From: an uncultured euryarchaeote
GTDB lineage: Archaea; Thermoplasmatota; Poseidoniia; Poseidoniales; Poseidoniaceae
NCBI GenBank assembly: GCA_937899865.1
Contig: CALBRH010000015.1
Span: forward strand, 1-26,670
Direction of reading: 5' to 3'
DNA length: 26,670 nt
Below the pieces are notes generated by a model, which was not told the DNA's origin, did not search any database, and saw only the letters and a program-made list of their open reading frames with translations. Made by a program: the position numbers and the translations under genes. Shown piece after piece: positions 1-7,784 of this stretch. Within the stretch, counting starts at the first letter, position 1. Each line of letters starts with the position of its first letter.

Positions 1-2
1 AG

Positions 3-653
3 GAGTTTTGGCCTAATACAAATAAAACTTGGACTTGGACTTCTCGTGGTAGGGGTAGAGTAGACCGTCTTGCACTTTGGTTGGGTCCAATCGCTGAACA
101 AAACAAAATTCGTCGCTTTGTTAGAATACCCCCAGATCCAACAAGGACTCCATTCATAATGTTGGGTGGTGCGCCAATTACAGTAATTGATGAGGCTACG
201 AAGGAACCTCGCGTCACAGCTCAAAGAGGCATTTATGCTTCGGTAATCGACTCGGCATTAGTTGAATCAGGTTTGGCCGATGATTGGCTTGAAACATTAT
301 CATTTGGCACTGATTATGCTTGGGCAGAAGCAAAAGGTAGAAGGCCAGTAATTTATCATTCACAACCGATTGTAAATAACTCAAGTGAAATAGGCAATTT
401 AGTTGTTACAACAGGCCGAATTATAGATTTGATAAACTTTGATTTAACTATTGAAACAGTTGATAATTTTGTTGAAATTTGTTTGGAGCATGACATAAAT
501 AAAGTGACTATAAGAGCCGGTTTAGATCCAGATATACAACCCAAAATACAGGGTTCTCTCGACCGCCAACTAGCAAGACGCCATGGTTCAAGGAAGGCCT
601 TTTTATTACGTAATTCTAATGAAGAAAATTACTTACTTTGCGTTACTAATTAA
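3..653 (+). CDS. 5'-truncated protein, probable C-terminal THUMP-like domain of a SAM-dependent (RNA) methyltransferase
   Basis: The frame is open from base 3 (EFWPNTNKTWTWTSRGRGRVDRLALWLGP...), so the TTG at 81 is probably not the real start. The segments 'GRVDRLALWLGP', 'IYASVIDSALVESGLA' and 'INKVTIRAG' resemble the pattern I recall for methyltransferase/THUMP-like (PF18096-type) proteins. Assigned by recall only. Confidence 0.45.
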   Translation, partial: EFWPNTNKTWTWTSRGRGRVDRLALWLGPIAEQNKIRRFVRIPPDPTRTPFIMLGGAPITVIDEATKEPRVTAQRGIYASVIDSALVESGLADDWLETLSFGTDYAWAEAKGRRPVIYHSQPIVNNSSEIGNLVVTTGRIIDLINFDLTIETVDNFVEICLEHDINKVTIRAGLDPDIQPKIQGSLDRQLARRHGSRKAFLLRNSNEENYLLCVTN

Positions 654-706
654 CTACTATTTTCGCATAATTTCTCAAATCAAAAACAACTTGCAGCATC
701 GCGGTC

Positions 707-715
707 TTGATATAT
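707..715 (+). promoter_or_regulatory. Possible archaeal TATA box of the rps13 operon
   Basis: TTGATATAT about 57 nt upstream of the rps13 ATG in a 118-nt intergenic gap. Weak match. Confidence 0.3.
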
Positions 716-759
716 GGGAGGTTGGTCGGGAACTTGCTTCACACTGTGTGTAAGCAACA

Positions 760-765
760 AGGTGA
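760..765 (+). promoter_or_regulatory. Shine-Dalgarno site of rps13
   Basis: AGGTGA, 6 nt before the ATG at 772, matches the archaeal GGAGGTGA-type SD. Confidence 0.7.
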
Positions 766-771
766 AAAGAA

Positions 772-1239
772 ATGGCGCAACCGAAAACCGAAGACTTAGG
801 TGAAGATTTTTCTTACATACTTCGTATGACAGATACCGACATTGATGGTCTAAAACCGCTTGCTACGGCGCTGACAGCTGTCAAAGGAGTCGGGGCAAGA
901 ACCGCTATACAAATCTGTAAAAACACTGGATTTGACGCATCTTCTCTTGCTGGCCATTTGTCAGTTGAAGACCAAGAAAAACTCAGACTAGCTATCGAAG
1001 GTTACAATGAATCGGTTCCATTATGGATGCTAAATCGACAAAGAGATCTTGAAACCGGTGAAGAAATTCATTTAACCGGTCAGCAAGTTAAATTGACACT
1101 TAAAGATGATATTACAAGACTACGTTCAATCAAATGTTACCGTGGCGTTAGGCACGCAAGTGGCAACAAGGTACGTGGGCAAAGAGGACGTTCAAATGGC
1201 CGTGGTGGCCTAACACTAGGTGTGAGCAAGAAGAAATGA
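772..1239 (+). CDS. rps13: 30S ribosomal protein uS13
   Basis: H2TH motif 'LTAVKGVGARTA' and archaeal C-terminus 'YRGVRHASGNKVRGQRGRSNGRGGLTLGVSKKK'; first gene of the S13-S4-S11-RpoD cluster. Confidence 0.97.
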   Translation: MAQPKTEDLGEDFSYILRMTDTDIDGLKPLATALTAVKGVGARTAIQICKNTGFDASSLAGHLSVEDQEKLRLAIEGYNESVPLWMLNRQRDLETGEEIHLTGQQVKLTLKDDITRLRSIKCYRGVRHASGNKVRGQRGRSNGRGGLTLGVSKKK

Positions 1240-1248
1240 GGGATTTAG

Positions 1249-1902
1249 ATGGGAGAGCCAAAATTTTCGAGACCTAAGTTTGACACACCTTCTCATCCTT
1301 GGAAGGCAGCACGAATAGAAGAAGAGCATGCTATCAAAGCCCAACACGGCTTGAAGAACATGCGCGAAATCTGGAAGGCAAAATCCCAGTTAAGGCGCCA
1401 TCGAAGACAAGCAATGCGATTAATCGGTATGGTTGATACCAGTGAAGGACACGGAAAGAAAGAAATGGAAGACCTTCTACGTTCATTGAATAACAAGGGA
1501 TTAATCCAGTCTGATGCTTCACTTGACGACATTCTTTCTTTGGGAACAGAAGATATCTTGAACCGACGCCTTCAAGCCCAAGTTTACTACAAAGGCCTTG
1601 CTGCAACCATGAAGCAAGCAAGACAATTGGTCAATCATGGATTGATTTGCATTGGCGATCAAAAAGTTACCATTCCATCTTATCCAGTTTCACGTGATGA
1701 AGAAGAACTCATCAAGTATCACCCAAGTAGTGGTTTAAACAATCCTGAACATGCAATTAGAAAAGCGATTGAAGGACGCCGTGAAAAGGCAGAATATGCT
1801 GTTGACGAGGTCGACCCTGAGGCAACTCCAGAATTTGCTGCTGAAGTAAAGGAAGCAGCAGAAGCCGCACCATCGGTAGAAGAAACAGGAGGCGATGAAT
1901 GA
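1249..1902 (+). CDS. rps4: 30S ribosomal protein uS4 (archaeal type)
   Basis: 'MGEPKF...TPSHPW', 'GLKNMREIWKA', S4 domain 'RRLQAQVYYKGLA.TMKQARQLVNHG'. Confidence 0.97.
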   Translation: MGEPKFSRPKFDTPSHPWKAARIEEEHAIKAQHGLKNMREIWKAKSQLRRHRRQAMRLIGMVDTSEGHGKKEMEDLLRSLNNKGLIQSDASLDDILSLGTEDILNRRLQAQVYYKGLAATMKQARQLVNHGLICIGDQKVTIPSYPVSRDEEELIKYHPSSGLNNPEHAIRKAIEGRREKAEYAVDEVDPEATPEFAAEVKEAAEAAPSVEETGGDE

Positions 1903-2285
1903 TGACTCGTAGAGCAATCGTCAACATTTTCAGTTCATACAACAACATTTTGATGACTGCCACGGATTTGACAGGTGCAGAAACTATCACCACTTGTTCA
2001 GGTGGACAAATGGTAAAATCATCTAAGGATAGTGGTGGACAATTCGCTGCTACTAGAGCTGCTGAAAAGTTAGCAGATGCATTAAAAGACAAAGATTTCA
2101 CTCAATTAATCGTTAAATACCGAGCACCTGGGGGCAATTTGTCAAATAATACAGGACCAGGCGCACAAGCAGCAATTAGAGCACTAACTCGTGCTGGAAT
2201 GACAATTACTAGAATAGAAGATGTCACTCCAATCGCTCACGATGGGACCAAGAAGAAAGGCGGCCGACGTGGCCGACGTGTATGA
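1899..2285 (+). CDS. rps11: 30S ribosomal protein uS11
   Basis: 'SSYNN...TDLTGAET', 'GPGAQAAIRAL', 'RIEDVTPIAHDG...GGRRGRRV'; ATGA overlap with the rps4 stop. Confidence 0.97.
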   Translation: MMTRRAIVNIFSSYNNILMTATDLTGAETITTCSGGQMVKSSKDSGGQFAATRAAEKLADALKDKDFTQLIVKYRAPGGNLSNNTGPGAQAAIRALTRAGMTITRIEDVTPIAHDGTKKKGGRRGRRV

Positions 2286-2289
2286 TACA

Positions 2290-2296
2290 GAGGTGA
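2290..2296 (+). promoter_or_regulatory. Shine-Dalgarno site of rpoD
   Basis: GAGGTGA just before ATG 2298 / GTG 2301; spacing slightly favours the GTG. Confidence 0.55.
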
Positions 2297-2297
2297 T

Positions 2298-3233
2298 ATG
2301 GTGAAAGCAGAGATTGTAGAAGGCTGGCCAAAAGAAAACTCGATTAGAATCGCACTTAGTGAAACCGATGCTTCCCAAGTAAATGCAATTAGAAGAGCTC
2401 TTATTTCCGATGTACCAAAACTCGCCATTACTAGAGTTAATATCAGTCAAGGAGTTGAAGAAAAAGACGACGGACAGATTCTAGAATCGGTTAACGTGCT
2501 TCCAGATGAAATGCTAGCACACAGGCTAGCAATGATTCCAGTTCCAACATACCCAGAAGAGAAATTAGATTATTTTGAAACCTGTCCAGTATGTATTGAG
2601 ATGGTAGAGGCAGAGAAAGGCTGTCCACAGTGTCAAGTTCTTTACTCATTGAATGCTCAAGGCCCAGCGCCAGATGTTGAAGAAGACTACATCACTGTTT
2701 ATGCAGGAGATTTGAAGACAATTTCGGATCCTATGTACGATATCAAAGAGGAACATAGGAGAATTCCAATTACCATCCTTTCCAAGGGGCAATATTTAGA
2801 GTTGTATGCATTTGCAACACTCGGCCGTGGTTCAAGCCACCAAAAATGGTCACCTGTTGCAGGTGTAGGATTTAGTGGGAGAAACATCGTCAAGCTAAAC
2901 AACGCTAAGAAGGCAGAAACACTCTTTTCACTTAACCTAAAGACCACCGATGGCAGAGATATCAATGCAAAGTTATTCGGCAAGGATAAGACGGTTGAAG
3001 ATGTAAATACCGTGATAGATTTAGAAAAGGCTCTTCACCAGGTTGGACCAGGTACAGGCCGAGAAGCAGATTTTGATGGAGCAATTTCAATTGAGCCAGT
3101 TGATGGAAGTTATGTTTTGTCTTATGAAACCGATGGCAGCTTAGATCCAGTTACTGCATTTAATCAAGCAATGAATGAGTTATCCAATAGATTTACAGGA
3201 CTTAATGAAGAAATTACTTCTGCACTAAAGTGA
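2298..3233 (+). CDS. rpoD: DNA-directed RNA polymerase subunit D (Rpo3)
   Basis: 'NAIRRALISDVP.LAI', 'LPDEMLAHRLAMIP', 'GQYLELYAFATLGRG..HQKWSP', 'YETDGSL'; canonical position after rps11. Confidence 0.95.
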   Translation: MVKAEIVEGWPKENSIRIALSETDASQVNAIRRALISDVPKLAITRVNISQGVEEKDDGQILESVNVLPDEMLAHRLAMIPVPTYPEEKLDYFETCPVCIEMVEAEKGCPQCQVLYSLNAQGPAPDVEEDYITVYAGDLKTISDPMYDIKEEHRRIPITILSKGQYLELYAFATLGRGSSHQKWSPVAGVGFSGRNIVKLNNAKKAETLFSLNLKTTDGRDINAKLFGKDKTVEDVNTVIDLEKALHQVGPGTGREADFDGAISIEPVDGSYVLSYETDGSLDPVTAFNQAMNELSNRFTGLNEEITSALK

Positions 3234-3235
3234 AT

Positions 3236-4357
3236 TTAGTAGTGAGTATATTCAATTCCCAGGGGGGAATGAACTACCTTTCTTCCATTATCTACTACAT
3301 GGCCAATAATTTGTATCCCGGCCATTTTTGCTTGTAACCAAGCACAAATGCCATCAGCGTATTGATGATTGACTGCAATAATCATGCCACATCCCATGTT
3401 GAATGTCCGATACATTTCCCACGTATCCACTCCACCGCTCTCGGCAAGCCAATTAAATTCAGGATGGGGAGTTAGAGGATTACTAATCTCCCATCCGAGA
3501 CTGTCATGTAGTCTTAGCAAGTTAGACAATCCCCCTCCAGTAACATGACAAATCCCTCGGATATCTTGTACACCAAATTCGCTTTCACTGGATTGAGCAT
3601 ACTTGATTAAATCTACGATAGGGTCACAATAAATTCTAGTCGGGTTGAGAAAAACCTCTCCTAAACTAACTTCATCATTATCTTTGTTAAAACGCAAAAT
3701 TTCCCTCGTAGAACTATTACAGTCAAATGGAGCAGTATCGGTATATTGCATACCAGAGTGCTCCATGATTCTACGTACAAGAGAATATCCGTTTGAATGG
3801 ATTCCAGAAGATGGTAGTCCAATCAAAACATCTCCACTTTGCAAATGTTCTCCAGTTATCGCTTCACCTTTTTTCAAATAACCAAGAGCTGTGCCAGATA
3901 AGTCTAATTCGGTAACAATGCCAGGAAGAGACGCGGTTTCACCGCCAGCAAGAGTGACTCGTGCCAAACGACATGCTTCTGCAAGTGATGCACCAAGAGC
4001 AGCATGAACTTCCGGGTCAGGCTTCGGAACCGCAACATAATCAACAAAGGCAATTGGCTCAGCACCAACACAAAGCAGATCATTGACATTCATTGCCATG
4101 CAATCTATCCCAACACCAGACCATTGATTTAACATCGAAGCAATTTGCAATTTACTACCCACTCCATCAGTTGCTAATGCTAGTAAATGGTCACCAAATT
4201 CAATCAGGCCGCCAAATCCACCGGGCAAATCCACAGGAGCGCCAGGTGTCCCAGTTTGGCGCACAGATTTCCCTAGTGAAGATATTAGAGAAGCGACAGC
4301 TGAGCCTTCTAGGTCGATATCGACTCCAGCGCTGGCGTAGTCCATTTTATCAGCCAT
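3236..4357 (-). CDS. purM: Phosphoribosylformylglycinamidine cyclo-ligase (AIR synthetase)
   Basis: 'YASAGVDI', 'TDGVGSK', 'GIDCMAMNVND', 'GGETA', 'SSGIHSNGYSL', 'HVTGGG', 'MYRTFNMGCG'. Start set at the ATG at 4357 (MADKMDY) rather than the ORF-track 4399. Confidence 0.95.
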   Translation of the reverse strand: MADKMDYASAGVDIDLEGSAVASLISSLGKSVRQTGTPGAPVDLPGGFGGLIEFGDHLLALATDGVGSKLQIASMLNQWSGVGIDCMAMNVNDLLCVGAEPIAFVDYVAVPKPDPEVHAALGASLAEACRLARVTLAGGETASLPGIVTELDLSGTALGYLKKGEAITGEHLQSGDVLIGLPSSGIHSNGYSLVRRIMEHSGMQYTDTAPFDCNSSTREILRFNKDNDEVSLGEVFLNPTRIYCDPIVDLIKYAQSSESEFGVQDIRGICHVTGGGLSNLLRLHDSLGWEISNPLTPHPEFNWLAESGGVDTWEMYRTFNMGCGMIIAVNHQYADGICAWLQAKMAGIQIIGHVVDNGRKVVHSPLGIEYTHY

Positions 4358-4395
4358 ATTTATTCCAGCAGTAGACAGGCAATGAATAAATCGGC

Positions 4396-5418
4396 TCAAT
4401 TATGGAGTGTTTTTGCTAGCAATGGCATACTAATGTCAAGCCTATGCTCAATACCTGAGTGGGTGCCTTCAAATTCTTCCCAGTGGTGATCGATTCCAAA
4501 CTCTTGTAATGATTTGATTAGAATTCGACTACCGTATTGGATGCCGTATTGATCTTTGTTACCACAATCGATATACAAGAAATCCAATTTTTTAAGGGAA
4601 TTTTGATTTTGTTTTATCGAGTAAAGCGGGTCAAATGTTAACCACTGTTTCCAGATTGTTTCATCAATTTGGCATGTGTTTAGATCAAATGGTAATCTAA
4701 TACCAAAACCGTCACTGATATTTGTTTTTGAGTCATATGAAGCTGCCATTGCACAAATCATCAGTGCATGGAAATCATCACTATTCAATTTGCTACAAGT
4801 TTTGACATGAGTAAGGAAATCATCCAAATTTCCTCGTTGATTGATTTGCGTAGCAGTGGTCGGGAAATCAGCCCGATAAAGGACATCAAATCCAACATCT
4901 CCTGAGTGTGATGCTATTGCGTGCCATTCATTTGGATGATGGATTGCATTGTGTAATGCGCCAAAACCGCCAGATGATTTTCCAAACAGAGCAAACTTGC
5001 CATTGGTAGAATAACGCATAGTAATTGCTGGCTTCAAGGATTTATTTAGCCAAGAACTCCATTCGCCCATAATCGAAGAATCAACAAATTGATTCCCTCC
5101 CAGAGATGTAAAACAATCAGGCATAACCAGTATTGTTGGCAACATATTTCCTTGATTTACCAATCTTTCATGTCTTTGCGGAAGCGTCTCAGCAAAGGCT
5201 TTCCAACCTGCACGGGCTAAGCCCGATGAAGTAAATGGTGCCAAGTATATCATAACTGGTAGATGCTTTCCTTGCTGAATCATTTCTAATCCTTGTTTAG
5301 GAATATGAACAATAACTTCTCTTTCAGTAGGGTCTCCCAAGCGATTTCTAAGTAAATCAGAATCAACTACTATTCGTTCAAGACTTCCAGTAATAGGAGC
5401 AAAACTATGTTCGGGCAT
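4396..5418 (-). CDS. Alpha/beta-hydrolase, putative esterase (Fes/PF00756-like)
   Basis: Nucleophile elbow GKSSGG, 'LYIDCG..DQY' and 'FEGTHS' (candidate catalytic Asp and His); no signal peptide. Confidence 0.8.
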   Translation of the reverse strand: MPEHSFAPITGSLERIVVDSDLLRNRLGDPTEREVIVHIPKQGLEMIQQGKHLPVMIYLAPFTSSGLARAGWKAFAETLPQRHERLVNQGNMLPTILVMPDCFTSLGGNQFVDSSIMGEWSSWLNKSLKPAITMRYSTNGKFALFGKSSGGFGALHNAIHHPNEWHAIASHSGDVGFDVLYRADFPTTATQINQRGNLDDFLTHVKTCSKLNSDDFHALMICAMAASYDSKTNISDGFGIRLPFDLNTCQIDETIWKQWLTFDPLYSIKQNQNSLKKLDFLYIDCGNKDQYGIQYGSRILIKSLQEFGIDHHWEEFEGTHSGIEHRLDISMPLLAKTLHN

Positions 5419-5517
5419 GAACAGTCCATGGCGTCATTACTGATTTGTTCGACGGTCGGCAGAGTTACACTGGACAAGCGATTTTTCCTAAGAAATGTGG
5501 TGTAGAGTAAGCCATAC

Positions 5518-5538
5518 TTCCAGTAGAAACATAGGGGT
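5518..5538 (+). promoter_or_regulatory. ORB-like element (Orc1/Cdc6 binding site)
   Basis: TTCCAGTAGAAACATAGGGGT closely matches the euryarchaeal ORB pattern TTCCAGTGGAAAC-n-GGGG(T), including the G-string; intergenic, about 70 nt before mcm. Confidence 0.7.
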
Positions 5539-5605
5539 GTAACAAATTCATAGAAGCAATCATAAACCGTTACCAAATAGTCTGTTAGTCTACCACGGTA
5601 GGTTA

Positions 5606-7744
5606 GTGATATTTATGTTGCAAGAATTTGATTTAGCGGCAAGATGGACTTCGATGATCCAAGATTTGTACGCCGAATCAGTTCACAATCTAGCACAGAA
5701 ATGGCCAGACGAACAATCTCTTGAAGTTTCATATCGAATCATTGAAGGTTTTGATGATGAATTTGCTCAAAATATTTTATCACACCCTGATTTACATTTC
5801 CAAGCAGCAAACCAAGCACTTCGACAATTCTTACAAGATGAAGGCCATACATCGATGTATCCATTTGTTAGAATAGTTCACCTTCCTAGTGACCAAATTA
5901 GAACAGTCTCTCAACTTAGAGCTGATGATATCGGCATGATGCTTGCCATAGATGCTATTGCTACCAAGATTTCCGGTGTAAGGCCAAGAATCTATTCCGC
6001 TTCCTTCATGTGTTCTTCTTGCGGCCATATAACAGAAGTAAAACAACCAAATGAACAAGAATTGATTGAACCGCTTGAATGTTCACAAATAGATGGTGGT
6101 TGCGGGAGACAAAAGCGACAAACAAGATTCGTCTTGCAAGAAGATGAATCAATATTAATCAATTCACAATTTATTGAACTTCAAGAATCCCCTGAACAGT
6201 TGAAAGGCGGTATTCAGCCCGAGAGGATAATCTGTATTGGAGAACATGATATTGCAGGCAAACTTAATCCTGGAGATAGAGTGAAAGCCAATGGTGTATT
6301 GTTTATTCGCTCGCAAAGAAAAGGCGGCAAGGATACGCCAGTATTCGATATTTTCTTGCGCATACATTCTTTGGAGCGTCAAAATGTTCCTCTTGAGGAA
6401 ATCGTGATTACTGAAGACGAGGAGTTAGAAATCAAAGAATTAGCCAGCCGTTCAGACATTTATGACTTGTTTAGTAAAAGCATCGCACCTTCAATTTTTG
6501 GTATGCCTAGGGTAAAAGAATCGCTAATGCTCCAACTATTTGGCGGCGTTGCCAGGTTAAATCCAGACGGCACTAGGAACCGTGGGGATATACACATTCT
6601 TCTGATGGGAGACCCTGGGGTTGCTAAATCACAGTTGTTAGACTACATGTCGAAGATTTCTCCACGTGGCCAATTTACTTCAGGACAATCAGCATCAGCA
6701 GCAGGACTGACCGCAGCTGCAGTGCAAGATTCTGCTGCAGATGGCAGGTGGACTCTAGAGGCGGGTGCGTTGGTACTCGCTGATCTTGGTTTGGCAGCAA
6801 TTGACGAATTTGATAAGATGAACGAAGCAGATAGGTCAAGCATGCACGAGGCAATGGAGCAACAAACGATATCAATTTCTAAAGCAGGAATAAATGCAAG
6901 TCTTAGAACTCGTTGTGCAGTATTAGCAGCAGCTAACCCCAAAAATGGTCGATTTGAACCAATCTCAGATACCCCATTTACCGCTCAAATCAACCTTGCT
7001 CCTCCATTGATATCTCGTTTCGATATAATCTGGCTATTAACTGATAATGCAGAGCAAGATCGTGATGCAAAAATCGCTCAGCACATTATCAACAATCGAT
7101 TATTAGGTACTAGTGAGTTATTAGTTAATCAAGGCAGTGCACCAGACCCATCAAGAAAACTTTCTTCCTCAACCCAGAAATCACAAGAGGGTGATGAAAT
7201 TCTAACTAAGGAATTGATTAGAAAATACATTGCATACTCTAAGCGTTCAATTCATCCTAAACTTGATGACGAAGCAAGAAATAGAATTGTTTCGTTTTAT
7301 GTAGAAACTAGAAAGAAAGGCGGAGAGTCAATGGATAGCGTTTCTATTACCGCACGTTCTCTTGAAGCGGTTGCACGTATGGCTGAAGCTAGTGCAAGGA
7401 TTAGATTATCAGATATTGCAAATATTGAAGACGTCGATAGAGCAATTCGCCTAACCAGAACATGGCGTAACGAATTGATGGGTGATAATTTTGATGAGAC
7501 AACATTACAAACCGGTAGAAAGGCTTCAGCACGAAATCATGAAAGAATCTTAATTGATACAATTAGAGATCTTGAATCAAGATCAACCGAGAAAATAAAA
7601 TACGCCAATCGTATTGATATTTACAATGAAATGCAAAACCATAATGTTGACAGAGGTAAGGTTGATGATATGATTGAGAAGATGGTTAGAGATGGAAAAT
7701 TGATGTTACCAAAAGGTTACGATACAATTCAAACCCTTAGATAA
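5606..7744 (+). CDS. mcm: Replicative helicase MCM
   Basis: Zn finger CSSC...CSQIDGGC, Walker A GDPGVAKSQ, Walker B IDEFDKM, 'LAAANP..GRF', Arg finger SRFD, 'ITARSLEA'. The start may be ATG 5615 rather than GTG 5606. Confidence 0.97.
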   Translation: MIFMLQEFDLAARWTSMIQDLYAESVHNLAQKWPDEQSLEVSYRIIEGFDDEFAQNILSHPDLHFQAANQALRQFLQDEGHTSMYPFVRIVHLPSDQIRTVSQLRADDIGMMLAIDAIATKISGVRPRIYSASFMCSSCGHITEVKQPNEQELIEPLECSQIDGGCGRQKRQTRFVLQEDESILINSQFIELQESPEQLKGGIQPERIICIGEHDIAGKLNPGDRVKANGVLFIRSQRKGGKDTPVFDIFLRIHSLERQNVPLEEIVITEDEELEIKELASRSDIYDLFSKSIAPSIFGMPRVKESLMLQLFGGVARLNPDGTRNRGDIHILLMGDPGVAKSQLLDYMSKISPRGQFTSGQSASAAGLTAAAVQDSAADGRWTLEAGALVLADLGLAAIDEFDKMNEADRSSMHEAMEQQTISISKAGINASLRTRCAVLAAANPKNGRFEPISDTPFTAQINLAPPLISRFDIIWLLTDNAEQDRDAKIAQHIINNRLLGTSELLVNQGSAPDPSRKLSSSTQKSQEGDEILTKELIRKYIAYSKRSIHPKLDDEARNRIVSFYVETRKKGGESMDSVSITARSLEAVARMAEASARIRLSDIANIEDVDRAIRLTRTWRNELMGDNFDETTLQTGRKASARNHERILIDTIRDLESRSTEKIKYANRIDIYNEMQNHNVDRGKVDDMIEKMVRDGKLMLPKGYDTIQTLR

Positions 7745-7784
7745 CAATCGTTGCAATCTTGAATAATGAATTACTGGGATAACT

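Noticed and set aside
27-42. ACTTGG tandem repeat (about 2.7 copies)
   Set aside because: Lies in an open frame encoding TWTWT; too short to be meaningful.
654-771. tRNA (often tRNA-Ser) upstream of rps13
   Set aside because: No cloverleaf or T-loop (GTTCRA) motif found in this gap.
2500-2512. Mini-ORB-like TTCCAGATGAAAT
   Set aside because: Inside rpoD, explained by the conserved LPDEM codons, and has no G-string.
5370-5576. 68-aa minus-strand ORF across the ORB region
   Set aside because: Overlaps the esterase start out of frame and has no recognisable motifs; probably spurious.
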